The notes: a model not told the origin generated them from the letters alone. 64,000 nucleotides of DNA from Alphaproteobacteria bacterium (GCA_045537965.1 JAZSQL010000050.1:12096-76095), one strand, 5' to 3'; shown: positions 25,580 to 35,233, numbered from the stretch's first letter. Translations and numbers: made by a program.

Positions 25580-26314
25580 ATGAGTAAAAATCCTATTGGA
25601 GCTATTATTTTGGGTGCTGGCAAAGGTACCCGTATGAAATCTGATCTACCAAAAGTTTTAATGCCTGTTGATGGTAAGCCAATGATTAGGCATATTATAG
25701 ATACCTTAGAAGAACTAAGAGTTAAAAAGATTATAACTGTAATTGCTCCAGATGGTGAGGCTGTAAAAAGGGAAGTTGCTCCTTATCCAACTTGTGTTCA
25801 AGAGAAGCAACTTGGTACTGGACATGCTGTTTTAGCTGCTTGTAATGAATTTAGAGGTTTTACAGGTGATATCTTGGTTATTTTTGGAGATCAACCTCTT
25901 TATACTAAAGAAAGCATGATAAAACTTCTACATAAACGTGCTGAAGGATATTCTGTAGTATGTATGGGTTTTCGTCCACAAGATCCAGCAAGATATGGTC
26001 GTCTTGTTATGGAAGGAGATGAGCTTAAACGCATTGTTGAATTTAAAGATGCTAGTGATGAAGAAAAGGCTATAACTTTTTGCAATTCTGGAATTATGTG
26101 TTTTGATGGAGAAAAACTTTTTTCAATTTTGTCTGCTATTAGCAATGAAAATGCTGCACAAGAGTATTATCTTACAGATGCTATTGAGATTGCTTTACGA
26201 ATGGGACTTAAGTGTTCGGCTGTTGAATGCCCTGTTGAAGAAGCATCTGCAGCAAATACATTAGAAGAACTTGCTTTGCTTGAGGAATTGGTAAAGAAAA
26301 GAAAAAATATGTAA
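25580..26314 (+). CDS. GlmU-like sugar-1-phosphate nucleotidyltransferase domain only (244 aa)
   Basis: ILGAGKGTRMKSDLPKVL, GTGHAV and FGDQPL match the N-terminal pyrophosphorylase domain of GlmU. The ORF stops before any left-handed beta-helix acetyltransferase domain. Confidence 0.65.
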   Translation: MSKNPIGAIILGAGKGTRMKSDLPKVLMPVDGKPMIRHIIDTLEELRVKKIITVIAPDGEAVKREVAPYPTCVQEKQLGTGHAVLAACNEFRGFTGDILVIFGDQPLYTKESMIKLLHKRAEGYSVVCMGFRPQDPARYGRLVMEGDELKRIVEFKDASDEEKAITFCNSGIMCFDGEKLFSILSAISNENAAQEYYLTDAIEIALRMGLKCSAVECPVEEASAANTLEELALLEELVKKRKNM

Positions 26315-26322
26315 GGAATATA

Positions 26323-26781
26323 ATGTCTTTTATTAAACGCTATTGGTTTGTAGTAACTATCAGTTTGGTTGTTTTATTGTTTGTTCTTTTGCTTGTTTTG
26401 TTATTAATTTCGCCAAAACAAGATGTTAAAGAACGTGGTTTTGTAAAATGTACTCAAAATATGATTGAAAACCTAATTGATTGCAATAAAAAGATTGGTT
26501 GTAGTATTGGGGCTATTGCTGTAAATACTTGGTGTGATATTAAAGTTGTCGGTAAAGGTGTTGTTGATTGGGTTGATGGCAAACAACCTCGTCCGTGGAG
26601 TAATTATATTTACGTACCAGAAGTTGAACCGAATCCATTTGTTGATGAAGATGCTAGACAGGAATATTTGGAACAACACCCTGATATAAAACAAGAAATG
26701 CAAAAACTTAATAAATTGAGAAAGGTGCTTGAAGATGAAGAAAACAAACAAATGTTCAACGAAGAAATGTTGCCAGAATAG
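26323..26781 (+). CDS. hypothetical membrane-anchored protein (152 aa)
   Basis: N-terminal TM (VVTISLVVLLFVLLLVLLLI), a Cys-containing domain and an acidic C-terminus. Overlaps the pepF start region. Confidence 0.45.
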   Translation: MSFIKRYWFVVTISLVVLLFVLLLVLLLISPKQDVKERGFVKCTQNMIENLIDCNKKIGCSIGAIAVNTWCDIKVVGKGVVDWVDGKQPRPWSNYIYVPEVEPNPFVDEDARQEYLEQHPDIKQEMQKLNKLRKVLEDEENKQMFNEEMLPE

Positions 26782-28576
26782 AGATCTTCCCGCTTGGGAT
26801 CTTTCCGATTTATATCAAAATATTAATGATAATAAAATTAATGAAGACTTAGAATGTTATAAAAAGTCAGCAATTACTTTTGCAAAAAAATATAAAGGTA
26901 AGTTGTCTACTTTAGATGCTAAAAATTTCTTCAAGATGGCTAAAGAATGTGAAAAGCGTTCTGTGCTAGGAAATAAAATAGGTGTTTTCGCATATCTTAA
27001 TATGGTTACACAAATGAAAAATGCTGAAGCAATGGCGTTCTACCAAAATGTATCAGAAAAACTTAATGATTATAGTAAGCCAACAATATTTTTGTCTTTA
27101 GAAATAAATAAGCTACCTCAAAATAAGATAGATGAATGGCTTAAAGATGAAAATGCGTCTTATTATGCTCCTTGGTTAAATAGAATAAGATTATTCAAAG
27201 ACTACGAACTTGATGAACAAGTAGAAGAAATTTTGCATGAAAAATCTGTTACTTCTGGTGAAGGCTGGGAAAGATTGTACGAGGAAACGTCAGCAAGATT
27301 GAAATTTATAGTTGATGGCAAAGAATATAATGACGCGGAGATATCTAAACTTACTTTGGATAAAGATGCTAAAGTACGAGAAAAAGCAGGTAAAGAAATA
27401 GCTAGGGTATATAAAGAAAATGCTCCTCTTTTTACTTTGAATTACAATATGGTAGTAAAAGATAAAGCTATTGAAGATATGAAAAGAGGATTTAAATCTC
27501 CTGTTGCTTCGCAAAATTTAGCAAACCGTGTTGATGATAAGGCTGTGAATGCTTTAGCTAACACGGTTAGAGATAATTATGCTAATATTGCCCATCGTTT
27601 TTATAAACTAAAAGCAAAATGGTTAGGGGTTAAAAAACTTGAATATTGGGATCGTAACGCTCCTCTTCCATTTGAAAATGAAAAAAAATATTCTTGGGAT
27701 AACGCTGTTAACACTGTTTTAGAAGCTTACAAACAGTTTTCCCCTAAACTTTATGATTTAGCTATTGATTTTTTTGATAAAAATCATTCATGGATTGATG
27801 TTCCTCCTCGTGATGGCAAAAGAAGCGGTGCTTTTGCTATGCCGTTACCAGATGAATATCATCCTTATTTATTCCTAAATTTTGTTGGTAAACAAAATGA
27901 TGTTTTGACACTAGCTCATGAACTTGGACACGGCTGTCATATGAGGTTAAGTTCAAAGCAAGGAGATCTTAATGATGCAACACCTTTGACTTTGGCCGAA
28001 GTGGCATCAGTATTTGCAGAAATGTTGACTTTTCAGTCTTTGCTTAAAAATACTAAAACAGATGAAGAAAGGCTTTGTTTGATAGCAAGCAAGGTTAATG
28101 ATATGATTAATACTGCAATTCGTCAAATTGCCTTTCATTTTTTTGAAACAAGAGTTCATGACGAGAGACGACAAGGAGAGGTTTCCCGTGAGAGATTAGC
28201 ACAAATTTGGCGAGAAGAAATGGCGGCATCACTTGGTAAATATGTAAATATTGATGATGTTACAGAAGATAACTGGGCCGTTGTTGGACACTTTTTTTGG
28301 AAACCTTTTTATGTTTATGCATATTCATTTGCCGATTGCTTGGTAAACTCGTTATATCAGGTATATAGTGAAGGAAATGTTAGTAATTTTGCCGATAAAT
28401 ACCTTGAAATGTTATCTTTAACTGGTATCAAAAAATATGATGAAATATTAAAACCTTTTGGTCTTAATGCTAAAGATTCTAAATTTTGGAACAAAGGATT
28501 AAGTTTAATTGCTGGTTATATTGATGAATTGGAACGCCTAGATAAAATTGTTTATAGGAAAAAAAATGTTAAATAA
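26729..28576 (+). CDS. pepF: M3-family oligoendopeptidase F
   Basis: LPAWDLSDLY at the N-terminus, zinc motif HELGHGCH, and the conserved downstream ...EVASVFAEML.... Length is typical of PepF. The exact start (26729 or 26735) is uncertain. Confidence 0.8.
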   Translation: MKMKKTNKCSTKKCCQNRDLPAWDLSDLYQNINDNKINEDLECYKKSAITFAKKYKGKLSTLDAKNFFKMAKECEKRSVLGNKIGVFAYLNMVTQMKNAEAMAFYQNVSEKLNDYSKPTIFLSLEINKLPQNKIDEWLKDENASYYAPWLNRIRLFKDYELDEQVEEILHEKSVTSGEGWERLYEETSARLKFIVDGKEYNDAEISKLTLDKDAKVREKAGKEIARVYKENAPLFTLNYNMVVKDKAIEDMKRGFKSPVASQNLANRVDDKAVNALANTVRDNYANIAHRFYKLKAKWLGVKKLEYWDRNAPLPFENEKKYSWDNAVNTVLEAYKQFSPKLYDLAIDFFDKNHSWIDVPPRDGKRSGAFAMPLPDEYHPYLFLNFVGKQNDVLTLAHELGHGCHMRLSSKQGDLNDATPLTLAEVASVFAEMLTFQSLLKNTKTDEERLCLIASKVNDMINTAIRQIAFHFFETRVHDERRQGEVSRERLAQIWREEMAASLGKYVNIDDVTEDNWAVVGHFFWKPFYVYAYSFADCLVNSLYQVYSEGNVSNFADKYLEMLSLTGIKKYDEILKPFGLNAKDSKFWNKGLSLIAGYIDELERLDKIVYRKKNVK

Positions 28577-29333
28577 AATTATTGATGTTGTTAGGTCGTG
28601 TGGAAATATTATAAAAAATGTAAATGCCAATAACATTCAAATAAAAAACGATAACCCTAAAAATCTTGTTACAGAATATGACACAAAAATACAAGCAATT
28701 TTGAGGGAAGAACTTTTAAAAATTGTTCCTAATGCAAGTTTTTTGGGTGAAGAAGGCAACCAACATTTTAGCAAGCAAGGATATTGTTTTATTTGTGATC
28801 CTATTGATGGAACAACGAATTTTATAAAAAATCTTAAACATAGTGCTGTATCTGTTGCTTTGCTTAAAGATGGAGTTCCTATATTAGGAGTAATATATGA
28901 TCCATACCTTAATGAAATGTTTTGGGCTGAACAAGGAAGAGGAGCTTTTTGCAATGACAAAGCTATTTCAGCATCAGATGAGCCTTTAGAAAATTCTATA
29001 ATAGTTTTTGGTACATCACCTTATAATGAAAGTTTGCAAAATAAAACTTGGCTATTAGCGGCAGAAAGTTTGAAAATAGCTACAGATGTAAGACGTATGG
29101 GGGCTGCTACTTTAGATTTGACAGGTGTAGCTATGGGGCGATTTGGTCTGTACTGGGAATTTGAACTGCAACCTTGGGATTTTGCCGCTGGAGCTTTAAT
29201 TGCCAAAGAAGCTGGTGCAATAGTTAGAACATTGGATAATAAAGAAATAACTGATTATTTTAGTTCTACATCGATTGCAGTTTTGGCAAATAGTAGAGCT
29301 GAACGCTTTTTTGATATTGCACTAAAAATTTGA
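28566..29333 (+). CDS. inositol monophosphatase family protein (SuhB-like)
   Basis: FLGEEG, DPIDGTTNF and WDFAAG motifs. ATG at 28566 (MLNKIID). Confidence 0.8.
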   Translation: MLNKIIDVVRSCGNIIKNVNANNIQIKNDNPKNLVTEYDTKIQAILREELLKIVPNASFLGEEGNQHFSKQGYCFICDPIDGTTNFIKNLKHSAVSVALLKDGVPILGVIYDPYLNEMFWAEQGRGAFCNDKAISASDEPLENSIIVFGTSPYNESLQNKTWLLAAESLKIATDVRRMGAATLDLTGVAMGRFGLYWEFELQPWDFAAGALIAKEAGAIVRTLDNKEITDYFSSTSIAVLANSRAERFFDIALKI

Positions 29334-29431
29334 TAACCTTGTACTAAAAATATTATCTGTAAATATGTAAAATAGCTCATATATACCCTTTCGTAATAAA
29401 AAAACTAATTTGAACGGAAGGATGCAAATAG

Positions 29432-29635
29432 ATGTTAAGTGGAACTGTAAAATGGTTTAATAGCAAAAAAGGTTATGGATTTATTGAACCAGATGCTAGT
29501 GATAAAGATGTGTTTGTACATGTTACTCAGCTAGAAAAAATTGGATTGAAAAGATTGAATGATGGACAGCGTGTTGGATATGAGTTGTATGATGATCGGG
29601 GACGAATTGCAGCTGGTAATATTAAAATTTTGTAG
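29432..29635 (+). CDS. cspA: cold-shock protein (CspA family)
   Basis: GTVKWFNSKKGYGFI (RNP1) and VFVHV (RNP2). 67 aa. Confidence 0.9.
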   Translation: MLSGTVKWFNSKKGYGFIEPDASDKDVFVHVTQLEKIGLKRLNDGQRVGYELYDDRGRIAAGNIKIL

Positions 29636-29650
29636 AATTTCAAAATAAAA

Positions 29651-29680
29651 AAACAAGTAACAGCTTGTTTTTTTATTTTT
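29651..29680 (+). terminator. rho-independent terminator after cspA
   Basis: AAACAAG / CTTGTTT stem followed by a T-run. Confidence 0.6.
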
Positions 29681-29729
29681 TAAACATAATTTATTCATTG
29701 CTAAACACATTGTATAAAGGAAATAAATA

Positions 29730-29798
29730 ATGTCTTGGAAATATTGGATAATTTGGATTGTTTTAATTATGGCAGTTGCTTTAAGTTTGTTTTTTTAA
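29730..29798 (+). CDS. candidate 22-aa hydrophobic micro-protein MSWKYWIIWIVLIMAVALSLFF
   Basis: ATG at 29730 preceded by AAGGAAATAAATA. One predicted TM helix. Lies between the cspA terminator and tRNA-fMet. Not in the ORF track because it is short. Confidence 0.25.
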   Translation: MSWKYWIIWIVLIMAVALSLFF

Positions 29799-29849
29799 AT
29801 TTATATCTTGACAAATAAATGCTAACAAGGTAATAATGCCTCATCTTAT

Positions 29850-29926
<77 letters not shown>

Positions 29927-30039
29927 ATAAAATCAAGGCTTTCGAGAAATCGAGAGCCTTTTGTTTTATCTAATTTGTGAATTTGTCCCTAAATTACCCC
30001 TAGTTTTTGATTAAAGTTAATTTATACATATTTTTTAGA

Positions 30040-31164
30040 TTACTGATTTCTTGTAATTTGTTTAAATCTTACTGGTGACGTTTTAGTTGTTTCTGCTTGT
30101 ATTTCTGCAACTCTCTTATGTTTTTCTGCTACCTCACCTGTACAACTATCTCCTGTTTTACCTATATCTTCATCTAATCCTGCATAACCTAACTTCTTTT
30201 TAATTCGTTTAAGTTTATATTCTAGATAATCTTTATTTTCTAACTTTATTTTACGCCTTACCTCTGCTTTTTGTTGGAATTCTGGATTTTTATAATTAAA
30301 TTCACCAGTCTTTTCATTATAAAGATACTCTGGTTTTGAAGAAGTTGTACTTATATCTGTTTCATTATTATCATTAAAATCACCTAAATTCAATTCAGCA
30401 TTATTAGTTTCTGTAATATTTAGTTTTTGATATTCTAAAAAATTATTATGACGGCGAATTGTTTCCTCGTCTTTATATATTTTATGATCATCAGGATTAT
30501 AAATCCAACCTAATTTATCAGCAATTGATTGCATATCTTCTGGTGTTATATCCTGAATTTTTTTATCAGACATGCTGTCAATGATAAACATATATGCTTT
30601 ACCTTCGGGAGTAAATCTTGAATCTATTTTATAGCGTTCATCCATATTATCTCCACAAATTGCTGTTTTAAGGTCAGGAAATGCAAATTCTGTTTTATTT
30701 GTACAAAAGGGTGATGTTTGGATAAGATATTCTGGTGTGTATATATTATATTTAATATCTTGCATTTCAAATTCTTGTGCAATGCTACAAAGTGACTGTG
30801 ATATCTCATCAACAGACATATCTGGATATGTATCTATTCCTAAATATAAAGCTTTTCCATACTGTCCATCAAAACTATTCCAAGATTCGAATCTTTTATC
30901 TTCTTTTATTTTACCCTCATTAATCAATCTATCAGCAATGGCTTTATTTCTTTCATCTAGGCTTTCATAACGAATTAATACAAAAGCATGATTAGGAGCA
31001 TCTTTATTGGCAGAACTCCAATAAGTTAAAATATTTTTATCGTATAAATTTTCACATACAGCTAAGCATGGTTCTTCAACAATTTTTGCTAAATCTTCTT
31101 TGCATTCAATTTGAGTATTTCCTGCTAAAAAAATTTTTTCAACATCTCGCAAATATTTTGTCAT
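30040..31164 (-). CDS. hypothetical protein (374 aa)
   Basis: Long clean ORF (ATG at 31164 preferred over 31191) with no signal peptide, an N/D/E-rich linker and a basic C-terminus. No family recognised. Confidence 0.5.
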   Translation of the reverse strand: MTKYLRDVEKIFLAGNTQIECKEDLAKIVEEPCLAVCENLYDKNILTYWSSANKDAPNHAFVLIRYESLDERNKAIADRLINEGKIKEDKRFESWNSFDGQYGKALYLGIDTYPDMSVDEISQSLCSIAQEFEMQDIKYNIYTPEYLIQTSPFCTNKTEFAFPDLKTAICGDNMDERYKIDSRFTPEGKAYMFIIDSMSDKKIQDITPEDMQSIADKLGWIYNPDDHKIYKDEETIRRHNNFLEYQKLNITETNNAELNLGDFNDNNETDISTTSSKPEYLYNEKTGEFNYKNPEFQQKAEVRRKIKLENKDYLEYKLKRIKKKLGYAGLDEDIGKTGDSCTGEVAEKHKRVAEIQAETTKTSPVRFKQITRNQ

Positions 31165-31363
31165 GATTAACTCTCTTTTGTATGTTATCATAAATACAGG
31201 GAAATTATATCATTATTCCTACAATATTTCAACTTTAATTGACCAAACTGCCTGATATAACTTTATATTTTTACATATTAAATTACACCATTATTTATAA
31301 AAAATGTTGTAGTTGATAAAATTATTTGTTATGTTCCTTTTGAAATCAAGGACGAGGAATGAT

Positions 31364-32203
31364 ATGAACAAAATAAAAAAAATACTAATTACTCTTGTAG
31401 TTGTTTTGTTGCTTGTACCTATTAGTTGGTTAGTTTGGTATGGTAATACGATTTTAGAAAATAGAAACAACAGTGTTCCTTATCCTTTTTACAATGATAA
31501 ATTAGCTTCTCAACATTTAGTCGCTCATGCTGGGGGATGGATAGATAATAGAGTTTATACAAATTCTCGTGAAGCCGTTGAAAGATCGATAAAACAGGGG
31601 CGTAAGTATGTCGAAATTGATATAATTGAAACATCTGATGGACATTATGTTGCTGCTCATGACTGGAAACTTGTAAACAAAATGTTAGGAAAAGAAAGTA
31701 GCAAACCCTTGTCTTTGAATGAATTTAAAAACGCAAAGTTGTATGATAAATATACAACAATGTCGGTTAAAGATGTTGCAGAATTGATGGAAAAATATCC
31801 TGATTGGTATCTACTTACAGATAAAATTAGAGATATTGATTACTTGAAAGAGAACTTATATTACCCTGATAGAATCATTGTTCAAACTTTTGGACTTTTG
31901 GGATATTTTAAAGCTCTTAAATTAGGATTTAAATATCCTGTGCTCCGTCTTAAAGGAGGACGACGAGGAATTAAAGAAATATATAAATTCTTTATGGATT
32001 GGGGAAATATTAAAGGAGTGATTTTAGGAGAAAAATCTTTTAACAAAAATAAAGACTATATTGGGAAATTACATAATAATGGTGTGTCTGTTATATTATA
32101 TGGAAATCCATCATTTAAGATTGTTGAAAGTGCCACCGCAATCAAAGAATTGTTATACAAATATATTGACTTAGTTGATAGTGATACTCTTTCAAAGTTA
32201 TAA
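31364..32203 (+). CDS. membrane-anchored GDPD / PLC-like phosphodiesterase family protein
   Basis: ATG at 31364 after GAGGA. N-terminal TM anchor. VAHAGG...NSREAVERSIKQGRKYVEIDIIETSDGHYVAAHDW matches the glycerophosphodiester phosphodiesterase H-x-G...N-S/T-x-x-A...E-x-D...DG-x-x-V-x-x-HD pattern. Confidence 0.5.
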   Translation: MNKIKKILITLVVVLLLVPISWLVWYGNTILENRNNSVPYPFYNDKLASQHLVAHAGGWIDNRVYTNSREAVERSIKQGRKYVEIDIIETSDGHYVAAHDWKLVNKMLGKESSKPLSLNEFKNAKLYDKYTTMSVKDVAELMEKYPDWYLLTDKIRDIDYLKENLYYPDRIIVQTFGLLGYFKALKLGFKYPVLRLKGGRRGIKEIYKFFMDWGNIKGVILGEKSFNKNKDYIGKLHNNGVSVILYGNPSFKIVESATAIKELLYKYIDLVDSDTLSKL

Positions 32204-32262
32204 CATCTGTAAGAAATAAATATCCTTCAGTAAACTGGAGGATTTCAGCGAAACATATATTA

Positions 32263-32294
32263 AAAAGATCACAAGTGTTTACTTGTGATCTTTT
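32263..32294 (+). terminator. rho-independent terminator after the GDPD-like gene
   Basis: 14-bp perfect stem AAAAGATCACAAGT / ACTTGTGATCTTTT with a GTTT loop. Confidence 0.7.
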
Positions 32295-32406
32295 ATTACC
32301 TTTTACTAACTTTTAAATTGAATTTTTATAAAATATATATTTTTATTTGCATATATAACTTTTTATGATATATTCACACAAAATATCAACAAAAAAGGGT
32401 AATAAT

Positions 32407-32775
32407 ATGAATACAATAAATAATGTTACCAGTACAAAAACCACGATTTCTGATAAAGATGTTATATTACATGTTGCAAAAAAAATTAAACTTATTCGCC
32501 AAATAAAAAAAATATCTTCAGGAAATATGGCTTCCCTGCTTGGTATAACTCGAAAACAATTGCAAAACTATGAAAATGGTCAAACAAATATTGGAATCAC
32601 TCGCTTGTGGCAAATTGCACAAATTTTACAAGTGAACATTGTTACACTAGTTGAAGGGTTTGGTAATAAACCTAATTCTATTGACAATGAAAATCTAGAA
32701 TTTATTAGACTTTTTAGTAATCTAAAAGATCAAAATATTAAAGATATAATCTTAGGGTTACTTAAAAGTATGTAG
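32407..32775 (+). CDS. XRE-family helix-turn-helix transcriptional regulator
   Basis: IKLIRQIKKISSGNMASLLGITRKQLQNYENGQTNIGITRLWQIAQILQVNI is a classic Cro/C1 HTH. ATG at 32407 after AAGGG. Confidence 0.75.
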   Translation: MNTINNVTSTKTTISDKDVILHVAKKIKLIRQIKKISSGNMASLLGITRKQLQNYENGQTNIGITRLWQIAQILQVNIVTLVEGFGNKPNSIDNENLEFIRLFSNLKDQNIKDIILGLLKSM

Positions 32776-33005
32776 AAATATTTAAAATAAAAAAACTTAA
32801 TAAATAAAAATATAGAAGATATGCAGTTTTTTATTTTGTTGCTGTTTATGTTTCACGATGGATAATTATGCAATTTTGATTTTTTATTGGTGCACCAAAG
32901 TTGACGAATTGTTGAACTCTATAGTTGATGAAACAAGAACAATAAATGAAAAATATTGACTTTTGAAGCACAAAAATTATTATTAATGTTAAAGTTGTGA
33001 GGTGA

Positions 33006-33767
33006 ATGATGAAGAAAATAAACCTGTTGCTTGTTGTGTTACTTTGTTTTTGCCAACCAGTAATGGCACATGATAGTACATCTGCAGTTCTAAGATTTAA
33101 AGATGCCATAAAAAGCAATAATCCTGAGATTATTGCTGATTATATAGTTTATCCTCTAACAAGAAAGAACCCTGTACCTGATATTCATAATAAACAAGAA
33201 TTTATAAACAGATATGACAGCTTATTTGATAAAAATATGAGAGATGTTATAATAAACTCAAAATCGAATGACTGGGAAGTGGTGGGTTCCAAAGGCATTA
33301 TGTTATATAATGGTTTATTATGGATTGATAATAATGGAAAGCTTATAGCTATTAATGTATTTTCAGAAAAAGAAAGTAAGTACGCCAATGATTGGGAAGC
33401 TTTAGATAAATCTTCTATAAATCCTCGTTTAAAAAAATATTATAAAAACATCAATATTTTTGAAACTCAAAAATATTTGGGTCGCATTGATGAAATTAAA
33501 AACAATAAAGAATATCAATATAATTACAGATTAGCCTTATGGCATAAAAATGAAAAAATGTCCGAAGAGCCCATAATTGTAGTTGATAATGGTACTATAG
33601 AATATTTAGGTAGTTCTAATAATCATATTTATTTGTTTAAATCTGATAAATATACTTATATTTTTGAAGTAACATATGTAGGACCTATAAATCTAGTACC
33701 ATATCAACTAATTATTTCTAAAGATAATAATGAAATATCTAGAGAAACAGCTACTCTTATAAAATAA
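33006..33767 (+). CDS. secreted hypothetical protein (253 aa)
   Basis: Signal peptide MMKKINLLLVVLLCFCQPVMA, GAGGTGA RBS. No family recognised. Convergent with the lysozyme-like gene, with stops 4 nt apart. Confidence 0.55.
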   Translation: MMKKINLLLVVLLCFCQPVMAHDSTSAVLRFKDAIKSNNPEIIADYIVYPLTRKNPVPDIHNKQEFINRYDSLFDKNMRDVIINSKSNDWEVVGSKGIMLYNGLLWIDNNGKLIAINVFSEKESKYANDWEALDKSSINPRLKKYYKNINIFETQKYLGRIDEIKNNKEYQYNYRLALWHKNEKMSEEPIIVVDNGTIEYLGSSNNHIYLFKSDKYTYIFEVTYVGPINLVPYQLIISKDNNEISRETATLIK

Positions 33768-33770
33768 TTA

Positions 33771-34667
33771 TTACCAATTCGTAATAGAATGAATTTGTTT
33801 TGTCGCCCAATTATTTCTATTGTCTCCAATATCTTTACGAAGAACATTGTTAGCAATTCCATTAATATCACGATTATTTATGGCTTCATATAGATTCGGC
33901 CAGTTTTGCCTATTTAAACCTCCTGTATTATATTGTATATCCAATAACACCTCTTTTAATGGATTAGGAAAAGTATCAAAATCACTAAATTGATTGCGAA
34001 CATAAGCTAAATCATTTCTCATATGATTTTGTGCCATATTGTAAGCATCTTGTTCCGATAGTTGCAAATTTGTTTTATCAAAAAAAGAATCTGCTGATTT
34101 ATTTCTATTTAAATAATTTCCATATATATCTTTTTGATTGCTTAAATCTCTTAATTTATTATATCCCGCTAATTTTTGAGCATCCGTTGCGAGATTACCA
34201 TTAACCGTAAAATTAACTTTCATAAAATCATTAAGATTATTAATGTTAGCTCCGCCCCCTGTCGTAATATAGCCTTTAGTATCAAGATATGGATGATATT
34301 TTACACCTTCATACTCTTTAATGTTACTCCACATTTTTTTATACAAATCATCATCAGAAATGTAATTAGGATTTTGATTTACAGTATTATTAATATTTTC
34401 TATATTCTGAGAAATATTAGAATTTCCAAACCCATAATTATTATCCGCATTATTGCCCCAAAAATCAGTTCCATACTGCGGAAAATTTGAAGTTATTCCT
34501 TGTTTTTTCAGCTGCTCTAAAAGTGCATTTTCTCTTTCTTCCCGAGCGAATTGATAAGCCACCTCATCTTGAGTGGTAAAACCACTATGGTCAACACCAT
34601 AGCAATCTATTTGATTATTGCCAATTTGATAACCGAATTTTGATTTATATCTCGGATACATATCCAT
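33771..34667 (-). CDS. GH24 (T4-lysozyme-like) muramidase with N-rich N-terminal extension and no signal peptide
   Basis: AGGAGG 7 nt upstream of the ATG at 34667. EYEGVKYHPYLDTKGYITTGGG reproduces the T4 lysozyme E-x8-D-x5-T catalytic spacing ([22 protein letters not shown]). A ~120-aa N/Q/G-rich region precedes it. Confidence 0.65.
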   Translation of the reverse strand: MDMYPRYKSKFGYQIGNNQIDCYGVDHSGFTTQDEVAYQFAREERENALLEQLKKQGITSNFPQYGTDFWGNNADNNYGFGNSNISQNIENINNTVNQNPNYISDDDLYKKMWSNIKEYEGVKYHPYLDTKGYITTGGGANINNLNDFMKVNFTVNGNLATDAQKLAGYNKLRDLSNQKDIYGNYLNRNKSADSFFDKTNLQLSEQDAYNMAQNHMRNDLAYVRNQFSDFDTFPNPLKEVLLDIQYNTGGLNRQNWPNLYEAINNRDINGIANNVLRKDIGDNRNNWATKQIHSITNW

Positions 34668-34774
34668 TGTTTTTCCTCCTATTAATTGTGAATGCAAAAT
34701 TTTGCACTATCACTTTAATAAAGAGCAAAATCCCTGTCTATCCCGCATAGTATATAAAAATCCCCTTTTGCTTT

Positions 34775-35233
34775 CTATGGGTGATTTTTTCTGAATTCAC
34801 GATTGTTTTCTTCTGCCAGTTTTATCAATTTATGATACTGATTACTTTCTTTGTAGGGAATAATAATTTTACTAGGTATATTTTCTATAAACCAAGCAAC
34901 AAAACTATTGGCTGTCATTTTCTTTCCTAATTTTGCATTTTCTGAAAAACGTTGTTGCTGTAATTCCTTAAAATATGCTCTAAATGGTGCATATTTTTTA
35001 TCTCGAGCTTGCCCTCGTTTAATGGCTTCTTTTTTACGTTCACACGTTACTATCGCTCCTATTAGTGAATTATGCACACTACTCCATTCGGTTCGTGCTT
35101 CTTCTAGCATATCTTCAGCCCAATCAATAATTTCTTGTTGTAATTTTTTATTTCTTGCAAGAACTTCATTATGCATAAAAAGTATATCTAATTTTCGTGC
35201 AGACTTTAATGGTATTGTTTCTTTATCTATCAT
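34775..35233 (-). CDS. hypothetical protein (152 aa)
   Basis: Clean helical ORF upstream of and co-directional with the lysozyme-like gene. No family recognised. Confidence 0.45.
   Translation of the reverse strand: MIDKETIPLKSARKLDILFMHNEVLARNKKLQQEIIDWAEDMLEEARTEWSSVHNSLIGAIVTCERKKEAIKRGQARDKKYAPFRAYFKELQQQRFSENAKLGKKMTANSFVAWFIENIPSKIIIPYKESNQYHKLIKLAEENNREFRKNHP

Noticed and set aside
32846-33118. 90-aa minus-strand ORF between the XRE gene and the secreted-protein gene.
   Set aside because: It overlaps the start of the better-supported plus-strand gene (RBS and signal peptide), and its translation is hydrophobic low-complexity.
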